DNA of 64,000 nucleotides, from NCBI GenBank assembly GCA_028534125.1, contig CM052816.1, positions 26,104,001-26,168,000 on the forward strand, in the 5' to 3' direction. This DNA comes from Lama glama (lineage: Eukaryota). The translations under genes and the position numbers were made by a program. Below are positions 36,961-50,019 of this stretch, piece by piece (position 1 is the stretch's first letter; each line of letters begins with the position of its first letter). The notes below the pieces were generated by a model, which worked only from the letters and a program-made list of their open reading frames with translations, did no database searches and was not told the origin of the DNA.

Positions 36961-37892
36961 TGTCGTTAAGTCCAGTAGTATACAAAGGTGCACTGATTTT
37001 CTTGAAGACTGAAAGAGATGGGACAGGATTCAAGAAGCCCACCCATGGCCAAAACAAATTCTACACTAGCAAGATATTAAATCTCAACAAGGCTATGGTG
37101 CTTAATGTATCTACAAAGGAAAATTTATTGCCTAAAGCTGTGAACTGTTTTTAGCCTTTTTCAGCGCTAAAAATAGTATGTTACCAATGCAGAAAGACTT
37201 CAGCATATTTTCTTTTTTCTGTTTCTCCAATGATTCAAGTTCAAAGAACACCCAGCTTTAAGTGATAAGATTAAGATGAGAAATAAAGGGCAAATAACAA
37301 GAAAAAGAAGTATGAATCTGTATACTCTTAGGGCTATGTTTGACTAGTGACTCCTTACCAAAAATACATAATTAGGAAAACAACTGATGAAAAACTCTTG
37401 GGTTTGAAGGAATTCTTAGAGGGGAAAAAAAGGCATTTAACTAAAGAATAGTGATCCGGTGTCTTGCAGAACCACCATTCTCCTTTTCCATTGTCTTTTG
37501 CATTGTCCTGTCTGGAGCTGGGTGTGAAGAGAACTCAGTGCCATTAGATCCAAAGGAAAGTCATACGTAAATGGTGGTGTATCCTTGGAGACCAAGTAAA
37601 CTCCTGCCCTTCCAAGACCTGTCTGGAGGTCATGATTAGACCATTGAGAAGTCAGGTGCATAGGCCAAAATCATATTCTGCTTTCATTGCCTGTAGCTGA
37701 CCAAAAGAACTAAAACTTTGATCACATTCTCCGATTTTACCTTAAATCCTCAACATATTTCTCCAATTCTTACAAAGGAGTTCACAGTGCTGGACCATGT
37801 GTGTAATAATAGCTAGAAAGCAGCAAATGCATTTCAGTACTTACTTCAGCAGTACTTGTTAAAATGATTTTTCCATCTGCCCTCCATCTTTT

Positions 37893-38080
37893 TTTTTAAA
37901 TTATCAGAATAACTTTTTTTTTGTTATAGTCAGTTTACAATGTGTCAATTTCTGGTGTACAGCACAATTTTTCAGTCATACATGAATATACATACATTCA
38001 CTTCCATATTCTTTTTCACTGTGAGCTGTTACAAGATCTCGTATGTATTTCCCTGTGCTATACAGTATATATAGACTTGT
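37893..38080 (-). mobile_element. Short lineage-specific L1 3' end
   Basis: tatagtcagtttacaatgtgtcaatttctggtgtacagc; imperfect TSD tgccctcc(ttc)atctttt. Confidence 0.85.
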
Positions 38081-38450
38081 TGCCCTCCTTCATCTTTTAA
38101 CATCTACCTACATGTACATACACACTGTTGAGTCAAAAACAAACACTTATTATCAACTTATGATCAAACACTTATTAAGCAACTCCTACAGAAAAGGAGA
38201 ATAATGAAGATTTTCAATTCAAGCCAACATGGCTGTATGCATGCACAAACACATATGTTTGTGTGGTGGTGGAGCTGGCAAGAAAGAAACTAAATTTTCT
38301 ATAAAATCAGTGAGAAAACTAGTGTTTTAAAAAATATGATAGCAACAAGAATGTGGCTTCTCAAAAATTCCTGCTGCCTTGCTGAACCCCAGTGGCAAGT
38401 CACTTCAGAGGGCGGGGGGGCAAATCACATCCGTGGATCACAATGAAGCA

Positions 38451-38493
38451 CAGAGGCAGATTGAAGCAGCAGAGGCAGATTGAAGCAGCAGAG
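38451..38493. repeat. 19-bp tandem duplication
   Basis: cagaggcagattgaagcag x2. Confidence 0.9.
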
Positions 38494-38949
38494 CTCAGTG
38501 CTAATCTCCATACCAAACTGGAGGCTTCAGAGGTTTTCTGATAGGGACAGAGAGGAGGAGAGTGAAAGCTGAAGTTAACGATTAAAGCAAAATGAACTCC
38601 ACAGGTTAAATTATTTCAAGAGCAACATGTCTCATAGCCAAAGTTTTGATGATTTAAGAAAATGAGTAGAACAGATCAGAAATTCCCAGGCTGCCTGAGT
38701 TCTGAGTGGTAGCGTCAATAAATGCAGAGCAGGGTTGCCTGCTGCCTGGGGGCCAGGCCAGAACCCACCAACCAGAGATGCAAGGGGAAGGGGGGGCGTA
38801 TGGTCACTGGAAAGGAAATGGTTCTTTTTTACCCCTTAAAATTGGAAAAAGTAGCAATGTATGCATCTTTTTTCCCTATCCTATTCATTTTTTTTTAATT
38901 TAAGAAAGACTTCAAAGAACATGTTACCTTTTTAAAAATTATTAAAGGG

Positions 38950-39382
38950 GAAAAAAATGAAATAATGTCATTTGCAAAATATGAATAGACCTAGAGATTA
39001 TCATACCGAGTGAAGTAAATCATAAAGATAAATATCATGTGATACCACTTATATGTGGAATCTTAAACAAATGATACAAATGAACTTGTTTACAAAACAG
39101 AAACCTGCTCATAGACATAGAAAACAAACTTACGGTTACTAAAGGGGAAGAAGGGAGAGATAAATTAGGAGTTGGAAATTAACAGATACACACTAGTACA
39201 TATAAAATAGATAAACAACAGGGTCCTACTGTATAGCACAGGGAACTATATTCAATATCTTGTAATAACCTGTAATGAAAATGAATATGAAAAAGAATAT
39301 ATGTATAACTACATCACTGTGCTATGTACCTGAAATTAACACAACATTGTAAATCAAATATACTTTAAAAAAAAAGAAAAAT
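38950..39382 (+). mobile_element. Lineage-specific L1 3' end
   Basis: gacctagagattatcataccgagtgaagtaa...gtatagcacagggaactatattcaatatcttgtaataacc plus polyA. Confidence 0.92.
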
Positions 39383-39484
39383 TTATGGGAGGGTATTTTT
39401 AAAAAGAAGGTTAAAGACATATAAGTCCTATATACAAAAAGTCCCACCAGCCAATCACCATAATACATCAAATAGGACTTTTAG

Positions 39485-39925
39485 TTCTATTCATTTTTTC
39501 TTAAATATAAAAGTTTTGCATGTCCATTGTAGAAAAAAATTGAAAAATACAGAAAAACATGGAGGATAAGAAACAACCACTGATAATTCTACTACCAGTG
39601 ATAACTATTACTCATATTTCAGTGTAGTTTATTTCCAATGTTTTGCTACTCTGATTTCTTCCACAGTTAAAGCTATAATATACATATAGTTTTACATCCT
39701 GACTTATTTAACTTAACAATATGCATTTTTTCCATTAAAATGTATTACAAACAGTTTTAGTGGATGGCGCCATTGTATTTCACCTACTTACAGACTATAA
39801 TGAGTTTACCCATTCCCGTGTTGTTGGACATTTCCTCTTCCTTTTTTCTTATTGATCTGTGATAAAGATCTTGGAACTGGAGTCATTGTTCACATTTCTG
39901 GCTATTTTTAAATGATTGATCCTAA
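39485..39925 (-). mobile_element. Old L1 3'UTR (L1ME-like)
   Basis: catgtccattgtagaaaaaaattgaaaaatacagaaaa...gttgttggacattt. Confidence 0.75.
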
Positions 39926-41049
39926 AGATTTTTTTACACTTAAACTCCTACTTGGGGGGTAATAGGGCCTCAAATAAGTATGTACAATATATTCCAGAGA
40001 TGGAGCCCTCTATGGGAAAATTCTTGACTTTATTTCTCCCTATTACTGTATGATTCGCCTTTGAATGTATCAAACATATAATTCACAAAAATCACTCTTG
40101 CTCCAACTTCATCTGCCACACATGTGGCACAGAGCCGATCCGATGGTCCATGTAAAGCCTTGTGGAGTTGTGGTTACTGTGATTGGAGATTCATTGCTTT
40201 TAGGCATTGTAGAAATGAGACCCTTAAAGGCTGAGTAACTCCTTCCATAGGCACTACTACAGCTAGATAAATGACACCTCGGGAAAGTTATAAATTTCTA
40301 TCACTTGATTTCAACTGGAGAATGTAATACCACAATGCTGACTCCTCCGTCCTCATCAGATCACAAACAATGATAGAGTTTCCATCTGATTTGACATGGC
40401 AGCTGAATCTACTGTATCCATTTCTGAGTCCACAAGACTGTCAATCTCACCACCGAATAATATAAAACCTGCGTTTGCCAAGTCTCTTGTTTACATGCCA
40501 GATGGAGGAAACCTGTCACCATATCTAATTTCTAAGCTTGAGTATCTGATCAGAGGGAAAAAAAATCATCATGCTTGTGACCAAGAATGGAAAGAACCAT
40601 ATCATCATCCATGAAGGATGAATTTACAGAGGAAGGAAAAAAGAAGAATGTATCCGCTGATGCTACCACAATCCACCTATTGCTAGACAAAGCTAATGCT
40701 TTTTCATGTAAACATGTAACAGTTATATTTTAGCAAAACTGGGAGTGCTCTTGAAAGTACTTCTTTTCAACTTTGCAAAATTGCTGTAGCTCTAAAACCT
40801 TTTGATAAATGAGATTATTAAGGATATACTGAAATAGCAGGTTAGAGAAACATAAAATCTATCAGTGAGGGATTTCACCTAATCAGTATAAATCTGCACA
40901 GGGTAAAACTATGCTCATTTCTATTTCTCTGTTTAGATCAGGCATAGATTTATACATATTTAGGCACTGCTTTTACTGAGCGATGGTAATCTGATTGGGG
41001 TAACAATAATACATTTTGAATTTTTATAGTACCTTATAGCCAGCACAGT

Positions 41050-41639
41050 TGAAAGGTAGCAGAATGTGCCAACCCCCAAGTAGGCCACTTTGGCATAAGC
41101 ATTATTTTGAGCTGAAGGCTATTGAGAAGAAGCAGATACAAGAAAAGCATTCTGTCCTCCCTCCCTCTATTTGCCTAAAAGGAGGATGTAAGTTTGTAAA
41201 GTGCCCCCCACTCCCTTCTACCAGAAGGAGCAGAAATTAATCACCAGAGACAACTCTAGATCCTTGCCAGCCCAGAGACGGCACCAGAGGACCCTATATA
41301 ACAAACCTTGCTGAAACCAGCCCTCATCTACCATCAGTTTCCTGATATAGTTGCCTTCCCACAGTTTGCTGCCCCTAGAAGCTCAAAGTCTTTTTCCTTT
41401 GTCTTGTCCCTTCTTTAAAAGGTTACTGTTCTTTTGTTAAAATGCTACGTAAGTCCACGTTTTAGCTACCACTTTGAGTTACTTATCCCTGGGTGCTCCC
41501 AAGTGCGTGCATGGTACACATGTTAATGATTTCTGTTTGTTCTTCTCTTGTTAATCTGTGTTTTGTCACCTAATTTACAAGGCCCCTGCCAGATAACCCA
41601 AGATGGGTAGAGGAATAAGATGTTTTATCCTCCTTTACA
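41050..41639 (+). mobile_element. MER34-family ERV1 solo LTR
   Basis: tgaaaggtagcagaatgtgcc...ccactttggcataagcattattttgagctgaagg...tcctcctttaca. Confidence 0.9.
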
Positions 41640-42164
41640 AAGTGCTCACGTCCTTTATTTTATTTTGATACACACATACTGGATATGATAGAAATGATAA
41701 AAGTCAACGGGAGGATAGACATGATATTTATATATGAGGAAACTGAGACCCAGATAAAATTCATATACAGTATTGCACCGTGACTGAGGAATGCATCTAG
41801 AACTGATACCAAAGTTTTCTCGTTTCATGTGTTTCTCCCATACTTTTGTATACAAGACAGCATCTTAAACTTAGCATTAAGGAGCTAGATGGGGACTGTC
41901 AGACAAGGGTCCTGAGGGTGGAGCTTCCTTGCCTGTGGCTTAAAGACGTGGGTGGCAGAAATGTGCCATTCAACCATAGATGGTTTAAATGAGCCTTTCA
42001 GTGGTTAATCATCAGGAGAATAAACAATTCTAAAATGGTTCCAAGAGGAACTTTGGGGCTTGGATTCTTTAGTATTTCCTGTTCTAACATTCCTTTCATT
42101 ATACCTTGAACTTTTACCTTCTACTTTAGTTTGCTTTTCCATTAGGGCTGCAGTGAGTCAAAGT

Positions 42165-42230
42165 GTCACCTAATATCAGAGCAGACATTGGAGTAGGGTC
42201 ACCTAATATCAGAGCAGACACTGGAGCAGG
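42165..42230. repeat. 33-bp tandem duplication
   Basis: gtcacctaatatcagagcagaca(t/c)tggag(t/c)agg x2. Confidence 0.95.
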
Positions 42231-42599
42231 AAAGCAAAGTGGACTTTGGGGGTGTAGGCACTGTATGTGGGTTTTCAGTAATCTGGGGTCCATCAGTCAA
42301 GAGGGAAATTGGTAAAGATTAATGCAATAATGTATATGAAAGTGCTGAAATTAGAGTAGAGAGGGCATAAATTTTTGTTAGGACTAGAATACTATTTTTA
42401 AGTGATAGTCTGTGTAGGTGTATTTGTGTCTGTGTTTATGAATAAAATGCCTGTGTGTGTGTGTGTTTGATGTGTATCCATGCACATGTGTGTATAGTGC
42501 ATGTGTGTCTGTGGATATTTTATATTGCACAGTAAAATGTTTGGGCACTCGGTTAGAGCCATGAGCTGATGTGCTAAACGGTTCTCCTGGTTTTTATTT

Positions 42600-45110
42600 T
42601 CTGTACCTGTAACCTCTATATAATATTGGACTCTGTGAGTAGAATTAGTATTTGCACATGATCTGAAAATAAATTGTTAATAACTTCCTGAGACTTTTTA
42701 TCTGCTTTGAAGCCTTTGCCAAAAATAAGAGGGAGAGTCTTAGGTAACTTGGATTTGAGGATATTCTCCATCTGGCTTAGTCACTGGCTGGCTGATTGCA
42801 GTTCTGCAGAGCTTGGGTGAAGGCGTTGTCCTGTGTCCTTACTTCTCCTGAGTTGCTATATGGCTACCCCTTGAATCTGAGTCTCTGGATTTTGTTTTTG
42901 TTTCTGTCCCCCCCCCCCCACCGTCTTCACCTCTTCTTAATAGACTAGCAGGGAGATTGAGTTCGCTGTAGATTTCCGTACCTTCCTTGATTTTCACAGT
43001 TTGTATAGGAAAGATTGCTGTCTCCCCTCCAATATGACATTTTGTGTCTGACACTCAGGGTACTCTCCAGATACCCTTTTCCTGTTCCTTGCCACAATGA
43101 GTGTCACTCTTTGTTGTCATGTTTCACTACTAGACTCCGGTACCACAAGAGCCAAGGCTGTCGTATTTGTGCCTGCTGCATGGTACCTGACCACCGACTA
43201 AATACTGGCCTGAAGGCACAAATGAATCAATAGCAGGTAACTGGAGAAAGCACCCAGAATCTAATGCAAATGCTGAGTATAAAGAATTAGTCCTGGACGT
43301 GGCATCCTTCTCCTCTGCTGACGAGGCAAACAAAGCCAATTTTTTGAATAACTACATTGTAAATAACATTTGTGGCAGTTTTTAGTGGAGCGATGAGACA
43401 GCCCGTGTAAAAAAGAACCTCTTTTTTCTGTGTGAAGTTTCAGCTTATTTTGCTGAGTACAAAATTCTTTTCTATACTTATACAAGAAGAAAGGAGGCAT
43501 GCTTTATTATATAGGCATAAATGCAGGATGGGGAACTTTGAAAAAGAAAAGCAATTGAAATTCTGTACGGAAAATGTTTTAAAAGGCTAATGTACGCTCA
43601 CTGTTGTATATTCAGGAGTAAAGTGACCATGAAAAGGAAAGAAAAGAGGCAGAAAAACTCCTTCTTATTTGTACCAATAAATTGTAAATGCTTGCTCATT
43701 CCCTATGAACATCATCTTCATATTGGATTTGGAGAGCACTGTTTTCCAGAATTTAAAATGCAGCAGTCCATAGAGAGAAACTGTTCCTCTGACAACCAAA
43801 CCTTGAATAAGAAAATTGGGATTAAAAGCAAATACATAGAAACAGAAAAATTCTTTCTCAGCTCACATACTGGGCATCCAACCAATTTTATTTCAAATTA
43901 TGAGCAAGAAATGCCCTGTCTATTTACCACCTGCATTTTCCCAATAATTTATAATTAGAACCCAGCAGTAAGTATTGATTTCCAATTGATGGATATCATC
44001 TGTGCCCTAATAAACTGACAGACCTTCAGAAATCTATCCATGGAGACCTTTGGAATACATGACATGAGTTAAACATATTTTATTTAACACCAGAGGAAAT
44101 TTGCATTTCATCTCTCAGGCTTTTATGAAGCTGCTGTCAATGATTTAGCTTAGCTTTTAGATTTCAGAGCCATTTCATTTCAATTTGGGTGCACTCTTGT
44201 ATAATTCTTAGCCTTTGTTCCACCAAATGTAGACGACCAACATTTAGCATGTGGAATAACATGTCAAAAATATGGGATGCTTAAATTCACGGTTTGTGGA
44301 CTTAGTAAAGATGTGAAATAAAGCCTTTGATGCGTGTAAAAATCACAGTAAAATGTGAGTGAAACCTAATCGTAAAATGTAAATGAGGTATAATTGTTTA
44401 CCATGCTCTTGTAACTGGAATCCTGCTGGGTAATATGCCACAGCATCCCCCAGGAAGTGGTGGTATCCCGTTCATTGAGGTCTAGGGAGGTTTAGCTCCT
44501 ACAAATGCTGTCCTTGTTTATAAGACATGGGTGGGGCATTTCTTCCAGGATTAAGATCTTCTGTTTTATGTGGTTAGCAGGCTATTCAAGGCATGACCAG
44601 GAGGACAGGATATTCATACAGAAAAGGCAAAGAATCAGTATCCTTAAAAAATTACCCTGAACAAACTGAGGACCCTAGGCTAATGGGTTTCTATTTTATT
44701 TTGTATTTTTCTACTCTGAGGAAAAAATAAGGTTGGGAAGGTCTCATCATTAAATACTTTGCATTACTAATATGTCAATTTACCATAACTTCCATTTAGA
44801 TTTTTGTAGCATAACCAAAAAACAATTTTTTTTTTTGGTCTTGTTCAGTTTTTGAGGAAGACAGCAACATGCAGGTTTAATATGAAGTGGGGCCCTGGAG
44901 CATTTCTACGCGGAGTTTGTTTGTTTTCTGGAAAAAAAAAGATCCTATTAGCAGGTTCATTTGTATAATAATCATTCATTAAAATAGACTCCATGGCACT
45001 GAAATACTGTACTTGAATTCCAGCACAAAGCCTTTAAAAAGCTAAAATGTCAAAACAATAAAACTAATTAAGGCAACAAAATAGCTTTTTCCAGCTTAAT
45101 GACAAGCTGG
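42600..45110 (+). mobile_element. Decayed CR1-group LINE (EN plus RT)
   Basis: IIGL (42620), VLGNLDL..W (42737), SLDFVF (42882), CFPEFK (43739), LLDF (44155), SIPQEVVV (44442, cf. GVPQGSVL), HFFQD*DLLFY (44537, cf. LFADD..LF), LG*WV..KNKV (44676-44733), LY..LKYC (44960-45010). Confidence 0.6.
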
Positions 45111-45444
45111 TCCAAAAGCACACTTCAATGATTTTTCTTTCCTCCAGAGACACTTTAAGTAAAGCAAGGGTAGAATTTTCTGCAGTCATTATCTAGACCA
45201 GAGTCATCTCAGAACCTAGCCCAACCCAACTGTCTGGTAGAGGAGGTAACACGTCTACTTTTGGCTAGATTCCCTCCCCACCTCCCTTCCTCTCCCGCAC
45301 AACATTTATGAGGATTTGCTATGATGCAGTGCTATCCCTCTGGTGAGGGATAGCAAAACCAGTCAGCTGTGGATCCTGAAATGATGAGCTAGAAAGGAAG
45401 ACAACAGGTAAATAACTCTAATCCAGGGGAGAAAAGTAATGCCT

Positions 45445-46690
45445 TTCAAAATGACAGAAGAGTTGCAAGGATAATGAACAGAACTCCTGCACAGCCTGTG
45501 CCCAGACTGGATTCAAGTTTTGCCACTTGTTCCAGCCATGTCCATAGTAACAAAGTATCCAGTCCAGGGTCACCGGTTGCTCCTGGTTATCACCACTCCC
45601 TGGTCACTTTGATCTAGAATAGTTCTTAAGTATTTGATTTTCATGATCTCACCAATTTTGAAGATTATAGGTCATTCATTTTATAGAATGTCTCTTGATT
45701 TGAGGTTGTCTGATGTTTCCTTATAATTAGATCCTGGTAATATGTTCTTGGCTGGAATATTACAGATACTATGCTCTTTTTATTTTGTCCTATTGCGTGG
45801 CTCATGATGCCCATTTTCCCCACTGGTGGTAGGTGGTGCTTACATCTATCATTCGGTTTATATCACGTCTGCCAGGTTTTTCTGCTGCAATTTACTTTTT
45901 AAAAATAGGGAGTAATAAATACTTTGTGGACATATACTTCAAGACCATGTAAAATTCTGTTCCTCACCCCATGTTTATTCACTAGTTTTAATGTTCTTTG
46001 CTGTTTCCTGCCTGAATTAACTGTTACTATAATGATTGCCCAAAAATGGTTTTCTAATACCATTATTCCCTTTATATTCAGTATGTATTTTTATTAGGTG
46101 ACTTTCCGTTATAAGGAATAGCTTTCTCTTCCTATTTATGTGGCTTTTAATTTATTTGTATTAGTGTTGATAAGTAGGTTCTTTCCTAAGTACTTTTATT
46201 ATTCAGTGGGTTATAATTCATTCCTATAATCACTTATTTTGTTGCTCAGTTTCCGCAGATTGGACCAGTGGGAGCTCCTTCAAGTTCGCTTTTATGTCTT
46301 TTTCATATGACCCCACTATTATTTGACCGTTTCCTTACTTCCTGGTACCACAGGATATTTCAGTTTCCTCTTGTGCCATGACTATCCGTACTATAACCAT
46401 CATCCTTGTTTTCAAGGAGCTCTGGCATGTTTAGAGTGGTCTTTGGAAACCAAGCTTTGGGCTACTAGAGTGTCATTGCTTCTTCGTCCTTTCAATGGAA
46501 ACAGTTGGGTATCAATATATATGCACATTTACAAGTATATTTATATCAGATTTATTGAAAACCTTGAATTTACACTGATGCCTCCAATTCTAAGCCAATA
46601 CTGCAGGTTCATTCTAGCCTTTTCCTTTCCATGTTTGCCTCACTTTTCCAATTGGAGAAACCTGGCTTCCATTAGATATGCCCTTGTCTG
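45445..46690 (-). mobile_element. Old L1 3'UTR (L1MC-like)
   Basis: cattttatagaatgtctcttgatttgaggttgtctgatgtttcc...ggaccagtgggagctccttcaagtt. Confidence 0.85.
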
Positions 46691-46798
46691 ATGTCAGTCT
46701 CTGCCCTTCCCCTCTCCCACCCCCCTTGCTGTCCCCAGATCTGGTTCAGGCCTGCTTACTCTGGAGACTTCCTTGTTCAGACCTGACTGTGCCTTTTT

Positions 46799-46940
46799 TT
46801 TTTTCTTTTTTTCTTTGAGCGGGGTGTAATTCGGTTTATTTATGTATTTATTTTAGTTTAATTTTTTAAAAATGGAGGTCCGAGGAATTAAACCCAGGAC
46901 CCCAAGCAGGCACTACCACTGAGCTATACCTGCACCCCAC
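46799..46940 (-). mobile_element. tRNA-derived SINE (vic-1-like)
   Basis: Antisense aatggaggtccgaggaattaaacccaggacc...taccactgagctatacc; TSD ct(g/a)tgccttttt at 46787-46798 and 46941-46952. Confidence 0.9.
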
Positions 46941-47079
46941 CTATGCCTTTTTGATGAAGGGAGATGGAAAGGAAGGGAAGGGAAGAAGGAAAAGGAGAAA
47001 GGAACTATCTTTAAAGCAGGAAAAAGGATGGGAAGATGAATGGTGGGTGTTTGTGGTTGACCCCTGAGACTTGCTGTGT

Positions 47080-47295
47080 AAACATGCTTTCATCTTAAAT
47101 GCAGTTGATTTTGATTTGCTGGCAGTTCTGGTTGTTGTTCATGGAAGTTCAGTATTGGTTTACACAGCACTTGCTTAACTCCACTTGCGTAATTCTCTCC
47201 AGACATTCTCATGGTGGCCATCAGGCACTCAGCCAGGAATGGAATACCTAGACCTTTCTGATTGTTCTCTTCATGTCCAGTCTAGAATATCAGTA
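47080..47295 (-). mobile_element. Possible RTE-type endonuclease fragment
   Basis: Minus-strand IF*TGHEENNQKGLGI..ERITQVEL (cf. IYYSG.E...GVG..ERI..V.L). Confidence 0.4.
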
Positions 47296-47524
47296 GTATT
47301 CATTAGATAGTGAAAAGTTTAATTTTGTTTTCCTATTATTTCCTAATATGAGTAATATTACTCTTGAAAACAATACTTAAATTTGAAGTAAAAGCTACAG
47401 TCATTATAAGAAAAATCCTGTGAATCCATGGTGTGTGTCATATTCGGTGTCTCATAGGGATTTGAAGGAAGACTCCATTAATGAAGCATTTGAGCTGGGT
47501 CTTGAGGAGTAGCTAGGACTTAGA

Positions 47525-47730
47525 GCATTATTTCTTCAAGTATATTTCTTGGAGTATTAGTCCTGTGATATGTACTTAGAAAACGTGTTCCATAGTCTAA
47601 TAAATTTGGTAAATATATTACACCATTTTCTTACCTTAAAAAAAATCACAAAAGGCTCTGAGAAGTCCTTGAGTAAAGAAAGTTGTCAAACTTTATTTTA
47701 CTCAGCTTTTCCTATTCTTGTTTAATAATA
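47525..47730. mobile_element. hAT-Charlie-type MITE
   Basis: gtgttccatagtctaataaatttgg...aaaggctctgagaagtccttgagtaaagaaa. Confidence 0.6.
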
Positions 47731-48279
47731 ATTTTTTGCGTGTGATAATCAACCAGCAAAAAAAAAAAAAAAGTTTAAACACATGGGGAACAGATAATTT
47801 AAAATGAAAGATAGGAAAGTGGTGGGAACTTGAGTACTCCAGGCTGGAAGGAAAATGGGACATGTGCTAGTGGTACACGAGGTCAAAAGTCTTGAAAACA
47901 GCTCAAAATTTGAACTTTGTTCAAATCAGTGTATAATAATAGGCAATTATGGTCTTTCCTGCACTTACTGTTTACAGATTTGAGGAGAAGAAATGACATT
48001 TGATAAGTATCCTCCATCACAGCCACCCCCACCAAAGACTTAAACTATCTAACCCCTTAGGTTTACTCTCTACATTAATAGGACTTAACCTTTCTACTGT
48101 CTTAAATGACAGAAATTTATTATTCCAGCAGAATTCTGCACAGGCAGATAACTTGATTGGTCATTTTAAGAACTTTCCAAAAAGACATTAATTCTTCAGT
48201 TCAAAGTATCAGCAGTTTACGAAGTCCCAAGATTCTTTGAATTCCTTCTCTCAAAGATCCTTACCTTGCTGTTTCCACT

Positions 48280-48760
48280 TAAGGGAGATCAGTATATGTT
48301 ACCCAACATGTGTTACTTTGGCATAATGATTATTTCGAGCTGAAGATAATCGAGACTCCACAGAGGCAGAGAGAAACCATCTCAGAGCTTCCCTTATCTA
48401 ACTAAGAGCAACAATTTTTGGAATATAAGGCAGCCGTAAATTCTTTCCTTTGGGCAGATTTACTCACGGAAAGGACAATGTGAATAAAACCTACCCCAGA
48501 TCCCTTGTCCATGGGAACTTTATGGCCCGGAAAGACCCGTCATCCTGTGTAAATAAACATTATCATAAAATTTCTTATCTCCTGATTGTTCTCCTAAAAA
48601 CCAATGCGGCTTTCCTAAAGAACATATTCATTCTTCCCATAAGAAGCCTTTTCTCCCCTCTCCCTTTCGTCTACTGAGTCAGGTACATAAACTTCTACTT
48701 TCATCATTTAGTGAGGCAGCTACCCTTAATTTTTGTGTGCCTTTCCTTGTACCTTCAATG
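48280..48760 (+). mobile_element. MER34-like ERV1 LTR
   Basis: ttactttggcataatgattatttcgagctgaag. Confidence 0.7.
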
Positions 48761-49499
48761 AGATGTTTGCAAATGCATTTTTGTCTTTAGGCAGTGTATA
48801 TAAGATGAAGACTTTACCACCCTGTGTTTGGTTCTTCATAAACATGTTCAGTACCTTTCTAATTTTATCACTTCTAATTCTTGATTTTTGCCTTCTGGGT
48901 GCCATGAAGTAAACCCAATTCAGAAAGATTTGAAAATTTAAAAGGCTTTTGGTAACTGTTATTTATCATTCCTAATACCAAGTAGGCATTTCTCCATCCA
49001 GCCATTCCCCTGCCATCACTGTCCCTTTCCCCCAAGTTCATGAGTTTTACCCTTCTCCTACCAGGCATGTAATTCTGAGATCTGCATTCATTTTCCTTGA
49101 CTTGGTCTCTGTCTCTTTGGGGTGAAAACTTCAACCTTCGATTCCTTATTTTGCTAAATATTTGAAAAAAAGATTCCTTGGTTAATGTTCACATGGAACA
49201 AAGTTTTGAGGTTGTTAAAAACATTTGAGAAGTGCATAGGCTCATATTGTGGACTTGCAAATTTGGAGGGTGATTATTTTAGCAAGAACATTGCCCTGAT
49301 CATAGACAAAGATAGGATCCCTTGCCTTTTAATATGTTGTCTAATCTTTCCTTGAAAGAAAACAAATCAGTCCTTCCAGATTTGTTAGATGAAAATACTA
49401 CTTTATTAATTTAAATTGTATTTCTTCAAAAAAGATTCTCTGACAAAATAGAATTACTACCAACTTTAAACTATTTTTTTAACATTTATTAACTTTTTA

Positions 49500-49800
49500 T
49501 ATTTCTTCTACAATGTGTAGTTTGTTCACATCCTTTTCCCATTTTTCTCTTAGGTTGTTTATATTTTCCTTACTCATTTATAAGAATACTTTATGTTGTA
49601 AGAATAGTATCCCTTTATATCTCGTGCACATACAAATATTTTTGCCAGTTTATTATTGGCATTTTTTATTTTCTGATATGCAGAATGTTTAGAATTTTTT
49701 GTATTCAAATCTACAAACATGTAGATTAGATTCTTTTTATGCTTTGTTTGTTTAGAGTAACTTCTATAGCCTTAAATTAGAGGGTCATCTACAATTTGTT
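49500..49800 (-). mobile_element. Old L1 ORF2 fragment
   Basis: ttgttcacatccttttcccatttttct...caaatatttttgccagttt. Confidence 0.7.
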
Positions 49801-50019
49801 TTCTTTTCTTTTGGTGTTAGTTGTGTTGAAACTAAAGTTTCAGTACAAATTAGAAAGATACTTTAGATAAAAGAGATTTTTATAGCAGAATAAAATTACT
49901 GCAAAGAATAAGAATTATACAATTTTAGAGTTAGAAACTTAGTGCTCATTCAGTTCAATTTCACCAACGTTAATTTAGTGCCAGCTACACAAAAGTTGTT
50001 TTGATGGATATTTTAAGCT

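Larger units (their letters stand above)
36985..42060 (+). mobile_element. Decayed near-full-length RTE-clade LINE (EN plus RT), split by L1, MER34 and MIR insertions
   Basis: LKTERDGTG (37002), MIQV..P (37230), CEENS (37524), SLPVAD..FDHIL (37684), WENS..FLPI..EC (40012-40070), AFRHCR (40196), FLSLDF..FPSDLTWQLNLLY (40295-40417), DGGNLSPYL..EYLIR (40501), SADATT (40653), YLGTAFT..DG (40957), CGLKTW (41934), AFQWLIIRR (41993); collinear with RTE ORF consensus motifs. Confidence 0.75.

Noticed and set aside
42165..42230. CRISPR-like direct repeats
   Set aside because: Two adjacent copies with no spacer, in mammalian DNA
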